Origin: the human T2T-CHM13v2.0 reference genome, Homo sapiens
DNA: 64,000 bases
Assembly: GCF_009914755.1 (NCBI RefSeq)
Contig: NC_060929.1
Reading direction: 5' to 3' (one strand)
The translations under genes were made by a program, and so were the position numbers. Shown here one piece after another: positions 15,701 through 29,216 of this stretch. A model generated the notes under the pieces. It worked only from the letters and a program-made list of their open reading frames with translations, was not told the DNA's origin and ran no database searches. How positions within the stretch are numbered: position 1 is the stretch's first letter; each line of letters starts with the position of its first letter.

Positions 15701-17903
15701 TTGGGAAATTCACAAATATGGAAAAATTAACATGTTCCTGAACAATAAATAAGTCAATGAAGAGATTAAAAGTTTAAAAATATCTTAAAATAAATAAAAA
15801 TGAAAACATTCCAGAACTTATGGAATGCAGCATAAGCAGTTCTAACAGAAAAGTTTATAGTAATAAATGCTTACATCAAAAAAGAATTTCTCAAATAATC
15901 TATTGTTACATCTTAAGGAACTAAAAACTGAAGGGCAAACTAAGCTTACTAAACTAAAGTCAATTGAAGTAAGAGAATAATAAAGATCAGAGCAGAAATA
16001 AATAAAATAGGTAGTAGAAAAACAACAGAAAAGGCCAACAAAACCAAGAGTTTGTTTTTTAAAAAAGAAACAAAATGAACAAACCTTTAGCTAGGCTAAC
16101 TCAGGAAGAAATGAGAAAACTCAAATAAAATCAGAAATGAAAGAGGAGACATTACTGTTGGCTCTTCATATCTGCAGGTTTTGCATCCGTGGATTCAACC
16201 ATCATTGGATCACAAATGTAGTTGGGCCTGCAATGGTTGCATTTGTACTGAACATGTACAAACTATTTCCCTTGTCATTATCTTCTAAACATTACAGTAT
16301 AACAACTATATAAATAGCACTTACATCACTTAGGTATTCTAAGTAATCTAGAGATGATTTAAATTATACTGGAGGCTGAGCATAGGGTATATGCAAATAC
16401 CACACCATGTTATATGAGCATCTAAGGATTTAGCTATTTGTGAGTGGTCCTGGGACCAATTCCTCATAGATACTGAGGGACAGCTGTACAACTGATACCA
16501 CAGAAATATAAATAAACATAAGATATTACTATGAAAAATTATGCACAAAGAAATTGAATAACCTGGAAGAGTTGGATACATTCCTAGAAACATACAATCT
16601 ATCAAGACTGAATTATGAAGAAATAGAAAATGCAGACCAATAATGATTAAAAAGATTGAATCAGTACTACAAAAAGTCTCCCATGAAAGAAAAGCCCAGA
16701 ATCTGAAGGCATCAGTGATGAAGTCTACCAGATATTTAAAGAAGAACTAATCCTAGACTTTCTTAAAATATTCCAAAGAATTGAAGAAGAGGGAATATTT
16801 CCAAATTCATTTTATAAGACCAGCATTACCCTGATATCAAAGCCAGACAAGAACACTGCAAGAAAAGAAAATTACAAGCCAATATCCCTGATGAACATAT
16901 ATGTATATATATCTTCAATAAAATATAAACAAACTAAATTCAGAAATATATTAAAATGATCATACACAATGATCAAGTGAGATTTATATCTAGGATGCAA
17001 AGATAGTTTAACATATGCAAATCAATAATTGTGATACACCACATTAATGGAATGAAGGATAAAAATTATATGATCATCTCAATAGATGTAGAAAAAGCAG
17101 TCAATAAAATTCAACGTCATTTAAAGATTAGAAAAACTCTCAACAAATTAGGTATAGAAGGAATGTATCTCGACATAATAAAGGCCATATACAACAAGCC
17201 CACATTGACCATTATACTCAGTGGTTAAAACTGAAACTTTTTATCAGACGTCAGGAACAAGACAAGGATGCCCATTGTATCTCTGTTCAAAATAGTACTA
17301 GAAGTCTTAGAGCAATTATGCAAAAGAAAGAGATAAAAGGCATTTAACTCAGAAAGGAAGAAGTAAAATTGTCTGCAGATGATATTCTTTTATGTAAAAA
17401 ACCCTAAAGACACCACCCAAAAAACAAAACAAGACAAAAAATGTTAGAACTAACAAATTCAGTAAAGTTGCAGGATACAAAATCAACATGCAAAAGTCTG
17501 TTGCATTTCTACTCACTAGCTACAAACCATCTAAAAAAGAAACTTTTAAAAATACCATTTACTACAGAATTAAAAAGAATAAAACACTTAGGAATAAATT
17601 TAACCAAGGAGGTGAAAGAGCTGTATGATGAAATTCATAAAACATTGATGAAAGAAATGGAAAATATACAAATCAATGGAAAGATATCCAATATTCGTGG
17701 ATTGGAAGAATTAATATTGTTAAAATAGCAACACTGCCCAATATGATCTGCAGACTCAATGCAATCCCTATCATAATTTTATGTCATTTTCCACAGAAAT
17801 AAAAAGAACAATTCTAAATTTTGTATGGAACCACAGAAAATCTCGAATGGCCAAAGCAATCTTGAGAAAAAAGAACAATACTGGTGGCACCATGCTTTCT
17901 GAT
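12790..17903 (+). mobile_element. Old degenerate L1 (L1M/L1MA/L1PB-age) with 5' UTR, ORF1 and most of ORF2; 3' end missing
   Basis: ORF1-like fragments (13586-14397: RHIIIKL, IRLLADVS) and ORF2-like fragments (15547-17728: [28 protein letters not shown]); many stops. Confidence 0.88.
16155..16486 (+). mobile_element. MER2-like Tigger-family DNA transposon inserted in the old L1
   Basis: Ends ctgttggctcttcatatctg ... gatactgagggacagctg; TA duplicated on both sides; L1 text gagacatTA|caactgatacc rejoins when it is removed. Confidence 0.85.
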
Positions 17904-18992
17904 AGAGGGGGTGTAATTTGTAGGCACCTGCACTTGTATGTGAAATGACTAGAAAGGAAATGGCATAAGGCAATTATCAACTCAGCAGCGTAGAGGGCCA
18001 CTTTCAGATATAACAGATTGTTGGTCAGGGTATCAATTAGGATGTTGTTGAATGGCTCAAGAAAAGGTAGCTTTTCTCACTATGCCAGAATGGTAGTGGC
18101 GAGTACAGCCTGAAACTCTGAGGATGGAGTCATCCCAGAAAGCATAGGAATGAAAGCTGAATTGGGAAATGGAAAAATCCATCCATGCGAAAAGAAGTCT
18201 AGGCTCAATGTTAAGCATTCAGAAATAGACCAATACTTGTAACCATCATAGAGAGAAAAGCAAAAGTCTTGGACGAGAGACCAAGGGGCAAGATTACAGA
18301 AAGCAGAAAAACACAAAGATGGAAGCAAGTTTCTTTATGAGTACTGAATAAACAGATGTTGGAGAAGCTAGATTCGGAGAGAGAAGATCAAGGGGCTTGC
18401 ATGTTCTAGGAGGCCAGACATATTATAAGGGTCAGTTGAAGTTATCCTGTTTAAGAATTTGTTCATATAATACTCCTTGAAAAGAAATAAACATTGCTTA
18501 TGGCACTAAAAATGGAAGAGATAGACACGATCAAGAAATATTTCAGAGTTCAAGTTGTGGAGGTTTGGAGAGCAGTTGTAAATAGAGAGTAAGTAGAGAA
18601 AACTGTTGAAGATGTCATTAAAATTTTATTTGTACAAATGGATAATAAAACCATAAACCACATATTAGTTATTATTATCAAAGCCATCTCTCACTAATTG
18701 AGAGAAGAAACCTATGAACAACAGATTCATTGTAACCTCTTGAGGCACCCCTCTGCCAGAACCATCTAGCCAAGCTACTGTCACATTCTTAACCCTTTAG
18801 CCATTAAGTTTTGGGGTAATATGACAGTAAAGGATAACAAGTACAATCCATCTCTATTATCTATAGAATATTTTTTCTGTGCCTAAATCTTAAACGTTTG
18901 TGTGCTCTAGGACTTCAGTCTCTATGTTCTTCTCTTCTCCCTCATTGTACACTTCTTTGGTAATCTCAGGCACCCTCAAGAATGCAATGATC

Positions 18993-19321
<329 letters not shown>

Positions 19322-20639
19322 CTAGATCTCTTTTTACAATTTAGATCATTCTCTCCATTTTGATTCAAATAATCTCCTTGTTGTAGGATAACTCCATCTA
19401 ATTTCATATAGACCCTCAAACTCAAAATTACCAGCATTCGAATCATTATCTTCTTAGAACCCACTCCTTCTTTGGTAGATTTCCTGCACATCCAACTTCC
19501 CACATCTCTTTTGATGGCCTATAATTCACTGGTTGTTTGTGTGGGGTTTTTTTTCTTTCCATTTTTATAGGGTCCATCTATAGAAAATTTAGTTTGTGAT
19601 AGGCACTATTCTAATCACTTCACAGTTATTAACACATTTAATCTTTCTGAAACCCTGTGAAGTGTATACTATTATCATACGATTTTATCATGGAAATTGA
19701 GATCCAGGAAATGTAACTAAGTTGCCTAAATTCACATAGGTGGTAAGTGGAGGAAGTTACCAAAATTTAAACCCAGAGAATCTTAATTCAGAACCTTGTG
19801 ATTGATCATATGCTATACTGTCTCCAATTTATTAATAATTTCTTAATTCTTAAATATGCTGGATTTTATCTCTTCTTCTTCATCTCTACTATTACAGACC
19901 CAGATTAGCCTTTTGTCATCTGCTTCTTGGACCATAAAATAGCCTCCTTCTGTTCTCATTACCTCTGGTCTTGTTCCCTTAAAATTTATTTCCACAAAAC
20001 ACAAAGTTCTAAAATGAAACTCTCAGGGTTTTGCTCTCCGGAGTGGCTCCCTCATTATGCTCAGGACTATGCTCAGTGTATTTATTATGGCACATGAGTG
20101 CCTTCATGATTTAACCCCTGCCTATGACTTCAACCCTGAATGCATGAGTTTATTTGTAGAACAGAGTCCCTTTCAAGATAGCAGTTTCTATAGGGAAAGA
20201 CTACATATTTTCCACTTGAGAAACATCAACATAGGACAAATAACCAGGTATGTAATAAGCTTTATCTGCTGCTAGATTTTCTAAATGGGCTTAAGTTGTC
20301 AGTAGAAAGAATAGTTGGAATGTGTATTAAGCCTCTGCTTGCAATTTTGCTGTCAACTTTAATGGCAATTCCAATTAAATATTTGTTTTTTGCCATCATT
20401 AGAAATATTAACTTACAGTGTTAATATGCTGGCATGAATTTTTTATTCATTCAATAGGCATTTATCTAGCATAGTATACAATATAGTTTTTCAGTATTCT
20501 GTGGTAAATAAAAGGGTGAGATAGCAACCAAAAAGCACGTATTATACAGCAAAATATATACCAAATAGAGAAAAAATCAAAGCATATTGCATTTATTTGT
20601 AGGAGAAGCATTTTAGAAGATGGAGGATTCAGAGGAGAA

Positions 20640-22480
20640 AGCTGAGGGTGGAGTGGCAATCAAAAATCAGATCAGGGATCACTTTGTACTCCTTGCCAAG
20701 GAGATTGACTACTACACTGCAGGCTATAGATAGACACTCACCAAATTTAAGCTTCAAGGAGAATGATCAGATTTATTATTTTTACACTGAAATGTGGGGA
20801 ATGAATTGAAGTTGAGAAAAGCTAGAGGCTGTAAACTAAGAACACTATTTTGAGTCATTCCTACATGAGAAGTGATGGGAGCTTAAGGCAGTGGCAGTGG
20901 GAATGGGGAATAAGAAACAGATTTAAAGGAGATTATAATAATAGAACTTGAAGATTGATTGGATATTGTGGGTTTTGAGGGAAATGAGTCTGTAAAGAAT
21001 GTCTTAAGGAGGGATTTCAGGTTTTGAGTTTGATGACTAGGTTGATATTATTTCCACTTACCAAGACAGAGAATTCAAGAGCAAGAAGCAGGAAATTGGG
21101 AGTAAGATTGGTTATCAGCTGTAGGTATGTTGACTCTGTGACAATGGCAGACAACTGGATATACAAGCATCTAGTTCAGAGAGAGATGTGGGCTGGAAAT
21201 ATAGGATTTGCATGCAATCAGAATAGAGTGAAAACTGAAGCCATAGGAGAAGAGGAAAAGGAAATCACTTAAGAAGAATATATAGAGAGAAATCAGTGAA
21301 GCAATGTAGGAACTCTGGAAAGAGTTCAATACTATTTAAGGATTCTCCAAAAGGGAGCTCAAAATAAGCTTGAGATAGACTTGAAGAGGGTTGAAAAATG
21401 CATAGACACAAGATAACAGAGAGTGGGGAATAAATGCAATGCACATATGTTGAGATAGCAAGTGTAGACAACATGGGTATATAGAGATGGCAGAGGTTTC
21501 TTCATTTGTTTCTTTATAGATGAGACCCTTGAAAAAGATTTATATATGAAGGCCAGAGTGGAAGGAAAAAGAGGGAAAGGTTGAGTGGAGGCTTAGCAGA
21601 ATGTCTAGCAATGTACTTGGAGTGGGATCCAGGCTAGGGAAGAGAAAGAATAACTTCCTACTGAGAGAATAGGATGTAAAGAGGGACTGAGTAGCAAAGT
21701 AAGTACACAGAATAACTTTGAAGAAACAACTGTGAAAGCTCCTGCCTATGACTTGGGTATTCTCTGTCAAGTTGGAGCTAATGTCATCTGCTGAACCCAG
21801 GATCAAAATGGTGAGTAAGAGTAAGAGGCTTGAGGGTGTTGCTGAAAGATTGAGCCTGCTCATGTGAAGAACGAGAATGAGGAAAGCCTGAGAAGGTGTT
21901 ACAGACCTACTGAACAATGTGGAGGACTCAGTTGAAATTATAATGCTAGCTGTTTTTGTGTGAGCATAATATTCTCTTTAGTGTTCAGCAGTGTAAGTTT
22001 ACAAGTAGGGCAGAAAACAATAAGGTTCATGCCAAATCAGAGTTTTTCTGGATTGTAGGAGGAATGGAAACAAGGACATTGCTAATATTGGCAAATGTAG
22101 TCAAAATGGATCTAGCTTGGATGAACAAAATAATTTAAAGTAGGAAGAGCAAGATATACCAGGAGAAAAAAAGATTCCAAAAAGACTGAAGGTCTAGATG
22201 AGGCCAAGAAGAGGTTTGTGGGCATAAATGAGGGTGAGAGCTGAGAGGTTAGACAACTGTGATAAGATGAGAGGGTTAAAAGTTGGATTTTCAAATTTCA
22301 GAGACAGCAAAGTTCTGGTAAAGACAAAGCCAAGGGTTAGGTGGCTAGAAATGAGAGTGGCTGTAGTGAAATGGTATAGGAAGTTATGAGGCAACAAGAA
22401 ATACTTGGCAGTCCACATGATATTGAAGTCACCCAGGATTTTGGCAGGATTGGGGCGAAAACTATGCTTATAATCTGTGT
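20640..22480 (-). mobile_element. L2 LINE remnant (purine-rich)
   Basis: ggcagtggcagtgggaatgg, gatattgaagtcacccagga and other reverse-L2 text; heavily degraded. Confidence 0.55.
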
Positions 22481-22814
22481 GCATTTTGCAAATTTTTGTT
22501 CATCTCCCAAATCTTACATTTTCATGGAGACTCAGATTTAAGAAGAATTATAATGAACACCTGAAACCTGATTTAGGCTTACAAATTGTTATTCAACAAC
22601 AAAAGTGAAGAAACAACCAAAGAAAAGTAAGTAGAAAAGGACCTAAGTTATAAACGCAATCATCACTCCCCCCTCCCCTTTTTACTTCTACAGTTGTTCT
22701 TGGTCATTACTGCTAATTTATAAAGTGGTCAGTAAGTCTTGACCTGCTGTGTGACCACTAATTATGTACCTAGCTTTGGCTAAGTCTTTAACTAATTATA
22801 CTCTAAAATGAATA

Positions 22815-23035
22815 ATAGCTAATATTTACTGAGGGCTTGCTATATGCCAGTGACTTTCTGAGTGTTTCACATATTTAGACCCATTTATCTCCATGAGGTA
22901 GGCATTATTATTTCTATTTTATAGATAAAGAAACTGAGGCACAATGATGATAAGTAATTTGCCTGAGATTTTACAGCACTAAGGGGCAGAGGTGGGATTT
23001 CAACCTAAGCAGAGTGGCTCTAGAACCACAGCCCA
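22815..23035 (-). mobile_element. MIR SINE (representative; similar copies near 830-1020, 2190-2420, 9620-9835, 19600-19820, 31840-32055, 53665-53960, 54985-55215, 61700-62125)
   Basis: MIR core text: attttatagataaagaaactgaggcaca...aagtaatttgcc. Confidence 0.7.
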
Positions 23036-25174
23036 TTAGAGACAAAAGACCCTAAATGAGAGAGTATGAATGGATGAGAATAAGATGTCATTATTTAGGT
23101 GCATTCCCATGTTATGATGGACCAGTATAATTCTGTCAAAAATGAAAGCCAATAAATTATTGCCAATAAGTAACTAAGGCAAGAGTTAAAAAATTATTTC
23201 ATCCAACAAAAACTGGTGAGGATTATATGGAGTTGGTATTGGTAATAAGCTATAAAGAAGTATAATATGTATAATTTGCCTTCAGGTACTACTGATACAC
23301 ATGAGAAAGTAAATGACATATTTCATTAAGTAGTAGGAATTAAAGAAAAAAATCATCTCTAAGGAGTTAAAGTAGATATTTCCCCTCATGTAAGTTTGTG
23401 TTCTTTTATGTATAATAATAATGAGTTTGGCTACTTATTTTCCAAGACCATAACAGATTTGAATAAGGGGATTATCAGCAGTGGGAGCAGCAACGGAGTG
23501 ATGTGGAGGCCTTAGCCAACCCCTATTCAACTCCCACTGCCCCAGTTGGCATCAAATAAATATTCAAGTCCACAATTCCTATCTTCTTTCTAATAAGCTT
23601 GACATCAAACTCTTTTGGGGGTATTAATCTCACCTGAACTAGTAAAAGGTATCTATAGTCTTCATTTTTCCCACCATATATGAACATAGATTAGTTTTGC
23701 TACAGAAATATTGATGTGTTAGATTATGTGATGCTGCTCCAAACTCCATTGTGATTTATATCACACCACATCACCTTTCTAAAATACCAAACATTCTGAA
23801 ATGCTGAAACACATGTGTTTCCAGGGTTATGGATAAGGGAAAGCAGTGCTTCCTTTCCAAACGTGGCTTCAAGATCAGTCCTGGGCAGCCCCTAGCCGTC
23901 ACTATTCTATGTCGTACAAGTTATTACCCCTCTGGAGAAGCTAAGAGCTGATCACAGTGGTGAAGACAGGAAAACCGTAAAATGCAGACTAAACTCCAAA
24001 CAAACTAAATCAACACAACAATAGCCCTTCTCCCATCAGCAATGACCAAGGTGACCATGTTTGGTATTTTCTATTTAAGAAAGGAGAATGTATGTAATAC
24101 TTTTTAAAAATAATTGTCATCTTTCCATCACAAAAATCTGTGCTTAAAGAAGTTTAACCTGGCATTATTGGGGAAAACCAACAGCCCAAAAGATTTCCTC
24201 AGATTTTTTGGCAACTGACATATTCTGACTTATAGGTATAAGAAACATGACTACATGTGAAAAAAAACATGCCAGTCAAATGGTCAAGATATGACAGTCT
24301 TTAGCATTCATGAGAAAACATGATTGCTTCTGGCTGCAATATGTAGAGACTGATTTATGATATTTTCAGAAAGTAATGCTTATTTAAAAGCATACACATT
24401 TTTCAAACTGGTGGGACTGATAACAATAAGAGCCCTGTAATAACTGAATAAGGCAGACCTTGTGGCTCTTCTTTACCAATGGGACCACTTTAAGAAACAG
24501 ACTCTTGTAGCTCCTGGGTCAGAGCAAGCTTATTATTATTCTTCATTATATTTTGCTTGGAACAAAGAAAGAATTTCTAAAGGTGATAAATATTAATCCT
24601 TTTAATGGTGGAGGGCTACAGTCTGTCATTGTTCTAGAGAATTAGGTGACTTTAAGAAAGATAGCTAAGTTTGGAATAGTGTTGTGTAGAGTAAAAATCA
24701 TTTTTATAAATCATTTTCAAGAGGTAGAGGAGTTTAAGGTGAGTGAAAATAGCCACTCACATTAGTCAAGCAGGCTCTTCATAGGCGGATGCTGAAGGAA
24801 AACCAACGCAAAGATGAGTTTTCATCAGGAGGCTAGCAAACAATAACAGCAAAACTCAAGTAGCACGTAAGCAGTGTTATCACTACTTAAATCAGCACTG
24901 ATTTAATTTTTAGTTATGTTAGATCCTGAGATAATTCTTTTTATGGAGTCTAGGTATTTGCCACATCTTTATCACTAGGTGCATGTTACTGAGGATTGAG
25001 AAGACACAATTGTATGTTTCTAAAGAGATCCAAACTACATCGCCTCTTCTTTAAGTCTTGTGTTCATGTGAAATTATTATTCTACTGAGTTTTTCACATT
25101 GTTTGGTACTAAACTTATTTAAGCAATTTTTCAGCCAAAAGTTGAACAATGTGTTTTCCTCCGAGGAGACTTAC

Positions 25175-25313
25175 TTCATAGATCAAAGAAGCCACGTTCC
25201 AAGGTCTTCGGTAGTATGTCAGAGTGTTTCCATCCCGATCCCGGTTACAGAGTCCATTGTAGAACTCATTGTCAAAAGGTGTGCTTAGGGGATCCATCCC
25301 TAAAATGTTGATC
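25175..25313 (-). CDS. C9: C9 exon 5 (MACPF N-terminal part)
   Basis: Acceptor ttctcag|GATCAAC; [47 protein letters not shown]; donor GAA|gtaagt; 139 nt. Confidence 0.98.
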
Positions 25314-26689
25314 CTGAGAATGAACAGAGTAGTATCAGAAGTGGAAATACCACAACACAATGCAAGGCAGCCCTCTGTAGCTGGAAAAAGTGAGACAGCT
25401 TCAGTTCATGTCACCGTCACCCAATATGTGTGTGCTATAATCAGGAACAGAAGCAAGAGCCTGTTCACCTTGGCTCAGTGTCTCTGGCAGAAAGCATACC
25501 TTAGGAGAGGCTTATGAACTCTTTTAGGCAACTAAGGCACTGTTTAGAGTGCAATGAAAGAAATGCAATAAGTAAGGCACATGGGACCATCTGGTTCCTG
25601 GAGTTTTAACTTCACTGCTGTAACTCTTACCTAACCTCCCTTAGTGAACCAATAACTGATGCTGTAATACCAACTATTTAAATTATTTGAGAACAGAGCA
25701 TCTCAGGGGGCCAATATAACATGTGCATGTAATTTTTCATCTATGAATCAACATTGGGGCTTTCTCTCACTCACCCCATTCTCTTTAAACTTAAGCCTTT
25801 TCCTCCAGCTGTCTCATTGCTTGTCAAGAACCTCATTCCCTCCAGGCTTATATTATTCCCGTTATGCTCTCCAAGATGAACACAAAAATTTTAGCATCCT
25901 GGCAAGGCATTCTCAAAAGTTCTATTTTTTCCCATAGCAAAATATTTTTATTTGGCAAGCTTTCATTCATAAATATAAATTTTATTTAGCTTTTAAAAAA
26001 GTTTAATTTTACTTGTAGGCTTAGAAACAATATATGAACTAGAAGCAGTTATTTCCTTGTGAAATATACCTCTGTTCATTGGAGGAACACAGTCATTGCT
26101 GTCTAGGCTGTATCTGGAATAAACGGCCCCAAGCCAGGGAGGCCAATAGGTTTGAGGATCAAATCTATAACTTACCTTGGTACAAAAACAAAAACACAAA
26201 CTCTTCCATTGCCCTAGGCCACATTCCTAACTCCAATGAACTGGATTACAAATCTGGATGTTGGTTTTAAGACCAATTTGTCAAAGAGTGGGTAGTTTAC
26301 TGTAAACCCATGGCTTATGCAAGAGAAATAATTGAAAGGGTTTCCTACTGGTAGTGGGTTAGTTAAAAACAACATCTTTATATAAATAGCACATTTTACA
26401 TAAACTTTGAATCTACGAAGTTCCAAAGTGAATCTAAAATGGTTCAACTTTAATGGAAGGCAAGTTAAGAAACTGATGCATGAATATCTTCCTCAAGGCT
26501 GACATATAGATAAAATTGACCACCTCCCACTGCCTGTCCCACCAAAATACCTTTCATGAAAAATGCTATGGCCTTAAAGTTCTAATATAGGGTCAAAAAT
26601 TAGACCTATTAATTTGAATATGAGAAAAAATAAAAAAACATTATATATTTGATTTATTTTTTTAAACACCTTATTCCTCATGATAAATT

Positions 26690-28565
26690 AAAATTTTTGT
26701 CCCAATCCTTTACCCATCTCTGCATGTACACCCTTGCCATGACCTCATCACCGGCAAAGTATACTTCCCTCCCTAGTGGCTTTGTGCTTGGCCATGTGAC
26801 TTACTTTAAGCCAATGGCATGTAGTTGAGAGTGACAGTGGGCCAGTTCAAAGCATGGGAATGAAGAGGCCTCATTCATTGCTTTTGCTTTCCTGTATTTG
26901 TGCCATTGCCTTGAAAAGGGCTTCTAATGGGTAGCTGCTGCCCCTTCAACCTGGCTATCCCAGTGATCCCAGTGAAAAGCAGAACCACCCAGCTGTTGCA
27001 GCTTGAGGTGAAGCTCCCAGTGAAGCCCAGCCTTGTGAGAAATAAACACTTATATCTCCCTCTCCCTCTCCCTCTCCCTCTCCGTCTCCCTCTCCGTCTC
27101 CCTCTCCCCTTTCCATGGTCTCCCCTCTCCCTCTCTTTCCACGGTCTCCCTCTCATGCCGAGCGGCAGCTGGACTGTACTGCCGCCATCTTGGCTCACTG
27201 CAGCCTCCCTGCCTGATTCTCCTGCCTCAGCCTGCCGAGTGCCTGCGATTGCAGGCGCGCACCGCCACGCCTGACTGGTTTTCGTATTTTTTTGGTGGAG
27301 ACGGGGTTTCGCTGTGTTGGCCGGGCTGGTCTCCAGCTCCTAACCGCGAGTGATCCGCCAGCCTTGGCCTCCTGAGTTGCCGGGATTGCAGACAGAGTCT
27401 CGTTAACTCAGTGCTCAATGGTGCCCAGGCTGGAGTGCAGTGGCGTGATCTCGGCTCGCTGCAGCCTCCACCTCCCAGCCGCCTGCCTTGGCCCCCCAAA
27501 GTGCCGAGATTGCAGCCTCTGCCCGGCCGCCACCCCGTCTGGGAAGTGAGGAGCGTCTCTGCCTGGCCGCCCATCGTCTGAGATGTGAGGAGCCCCTCTG
27601 CCTGGCTGCCCAGTCTGGAAAGTGAGGAGCCTCTCTGCCCGGCCGCCATCCCACCTAGGAAGTGAGGAGCGCCTCTTCCCGGCCGCCATCCCATCTAGGA
27701 AGTGAGGAGCGTCTCTGCCCGGCGGCCCATCATCTGAGATGTGGGGAGCGCCTCAGCCCTGCCGCCCCGTCTGGGATGTGAGAAGCGCCTCTGCCCGGCC
27801 GCAACCCCGTCTGGGAGGAGAGGAGCGTCTCTGCCCGGCCGCCCCATCTGAGAAGTGAGGAGACCCTCTGCCTGGCAACCGCCCCGTCTGAGAAGTGAGG
27901 AGCCCCTCCGCCCGGCAGCCGCCCCGTCTGAGAAGTGAGGAGCCCCTCCGCCTGGCTGACACCCCATCTGGGAAGTGAGGAGCGTCTCTGCCAGGCAGCC
28001 ACCCCGTCCGGGAGGGAGGTGGGGGTCAGCCCCCGCCAGGCCAGCCGCCCCGTCCGGGAGGGAGGTGGGGGGGTCAGCCCCCCGCCCGGCCAGCTGCCCC
28101 GTCTGGGAGGTGAGGGGCGCCTCTGCCTGGCCACCCCTACTGGGAAGTGAGGAGCCCCTCTGCCCGGCCAGCCGCCCAGTCCGGGAGGGAGGTGGGGCGG
28201 TCAGCCCCCCGCCTGGCCAGCCACCCCGTCCGGGAGGTGAGGGGCGCCTCTGCCCGGCCGCCCCTACTGGGAAGTGAGGAGCCCCTCTGCCCGGCCGCCA
28301 CCCCATCTGGGAGGTGTGCCCAGCAGCTCATTGAGAACGGGCCATGATGGCAATGGCAGTTTTGTGGAATAGAAAAAGGGGAAAGGTGGGGAAAAGATTG
28401 AGAAATCAGATGGTTGCTCTGTCTGTGTAGAAAGAAGTAGACATGGGAGACTTTTCATTTTGTTCTGTACTAAGAAAAATTCTTCTGCCTTGGGAAAAAA
28501 AAAAAAAGAAATAAACACTTATTTTTGTATCACTAAGGTTTTGACACAAGCTCTCCACCAGTAAG
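26690..28565 (+). mobile_element. Old MLT1 (I/J/K-like) MaLR LTR split by the SVA
   Basis: cccttgccatgac...ggccatgtgacttactttaagccaatggcatg...gctgccccttcaacctgg...gtgagaaataaacacttat, resuming after the SVA with ttttgtatcactaaggttttg. Confidence 0.65.
27054..28506 (+). mobile_element. SVA retrotransposon with 3'-truncated SINE-R, antisense to C9 in intron 4
   Basis: (CCCTCT)n hexamer ~27056-27110, Alu-like domain ~27150-27510, GC-rich VNTR ~27510-28315, partial SINE-R to 28494, A tail. Perfect 16-bp TSD AGAAATAAACACTTAT at 27038-27053 and 28507-28522. Confidence 0.97.
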
Positions 28566-28902
28566 ACATAAAATACTGGAAGCAAATGACCTGGGTTGTT
28601 TCTTAAACAAGATCTCAGCTACATTTTCTTTATATGATAGTGAACTACATATCTGGTGTGGCTACTTTAACAGAGACATTGTACCTCTTTATTTTCAGTG
28701 AACAATGAAATCAACTTTTGTTTATATTGATGATTAGCTCTTAGGTGACTACTATATCTATGTGTTGTACAGTGTTTGCAATTAGCAGGGGGGAATATTA
28801 AGACAGTTTATATTCACTCTCTGCTTCCATGCAAATTGTGTTCAAATTAAGGAGTAGAACATAAAATCACCAATTTCAAAAACTAGGCCAAGGAAGAATA
28901 CA

Positions 28903-29216
28903 CAATCAGCCCTCCATATCTGTGGGCTCTGTGCCTGTGGATTCAACCAATCATGGATTAAAAACATTTGGAAAAAAATGTACATGATAAGCACGTACAA
29001 ACTTTTTTTCTCTTGTAGTATAGCAACAATTTATATGGCATTTACACTGTATCAGGTGTTATAAATAACCCAGAGATGATTTAAAGAGTACAGGAGGATG
29101 TACATAGGTATGTGCGAATACTATGTCATTTTATATCAGGGACTTGAGCATCCTGAAAGTTTTGTACATGTGGGAGGTCCTGGAACCGATCCCTGATGGG
29201 TAGAAAGGGAGGATTG
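28903..29216 (+). mobile_element. MER2-like DNA transposon
   Basis: caatcagccctccatatctgtggg...gtggattcaacc...cctggaacc...gggaggattg; similar to the 16155 copy. Confidence 0.8.

Noticed and set aside
9843-17903. Opposite-facing L1 pieces as one twin-primed inverted insertion
   Set aside because: They overlap in ORF2 coordinates, differ in age and are separated by ~750 bp of unrelated sequence; two independent insertions.
23566-23845. Possible ancient Tigger-like MITE
   Set aside because: Only partial terminal similarity by eye; family cannot be assigned without a Dfam search.
27510-28315. Regularly recurring GGAAGTGAGGAGC units resembling a CRISPR-like array
   Set aside because: SVA VNTR: the intervening sequences are themselves repeats, there are no cas genes and the context is a primate intron.
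26875-28518. Many overlapping GC-rich ORFs (up to 203 aa) on both strands
   Set aside because: They lie in the SVA hexamer/Alu-like/VNTR region, which lacks stops by composition; no protein features.
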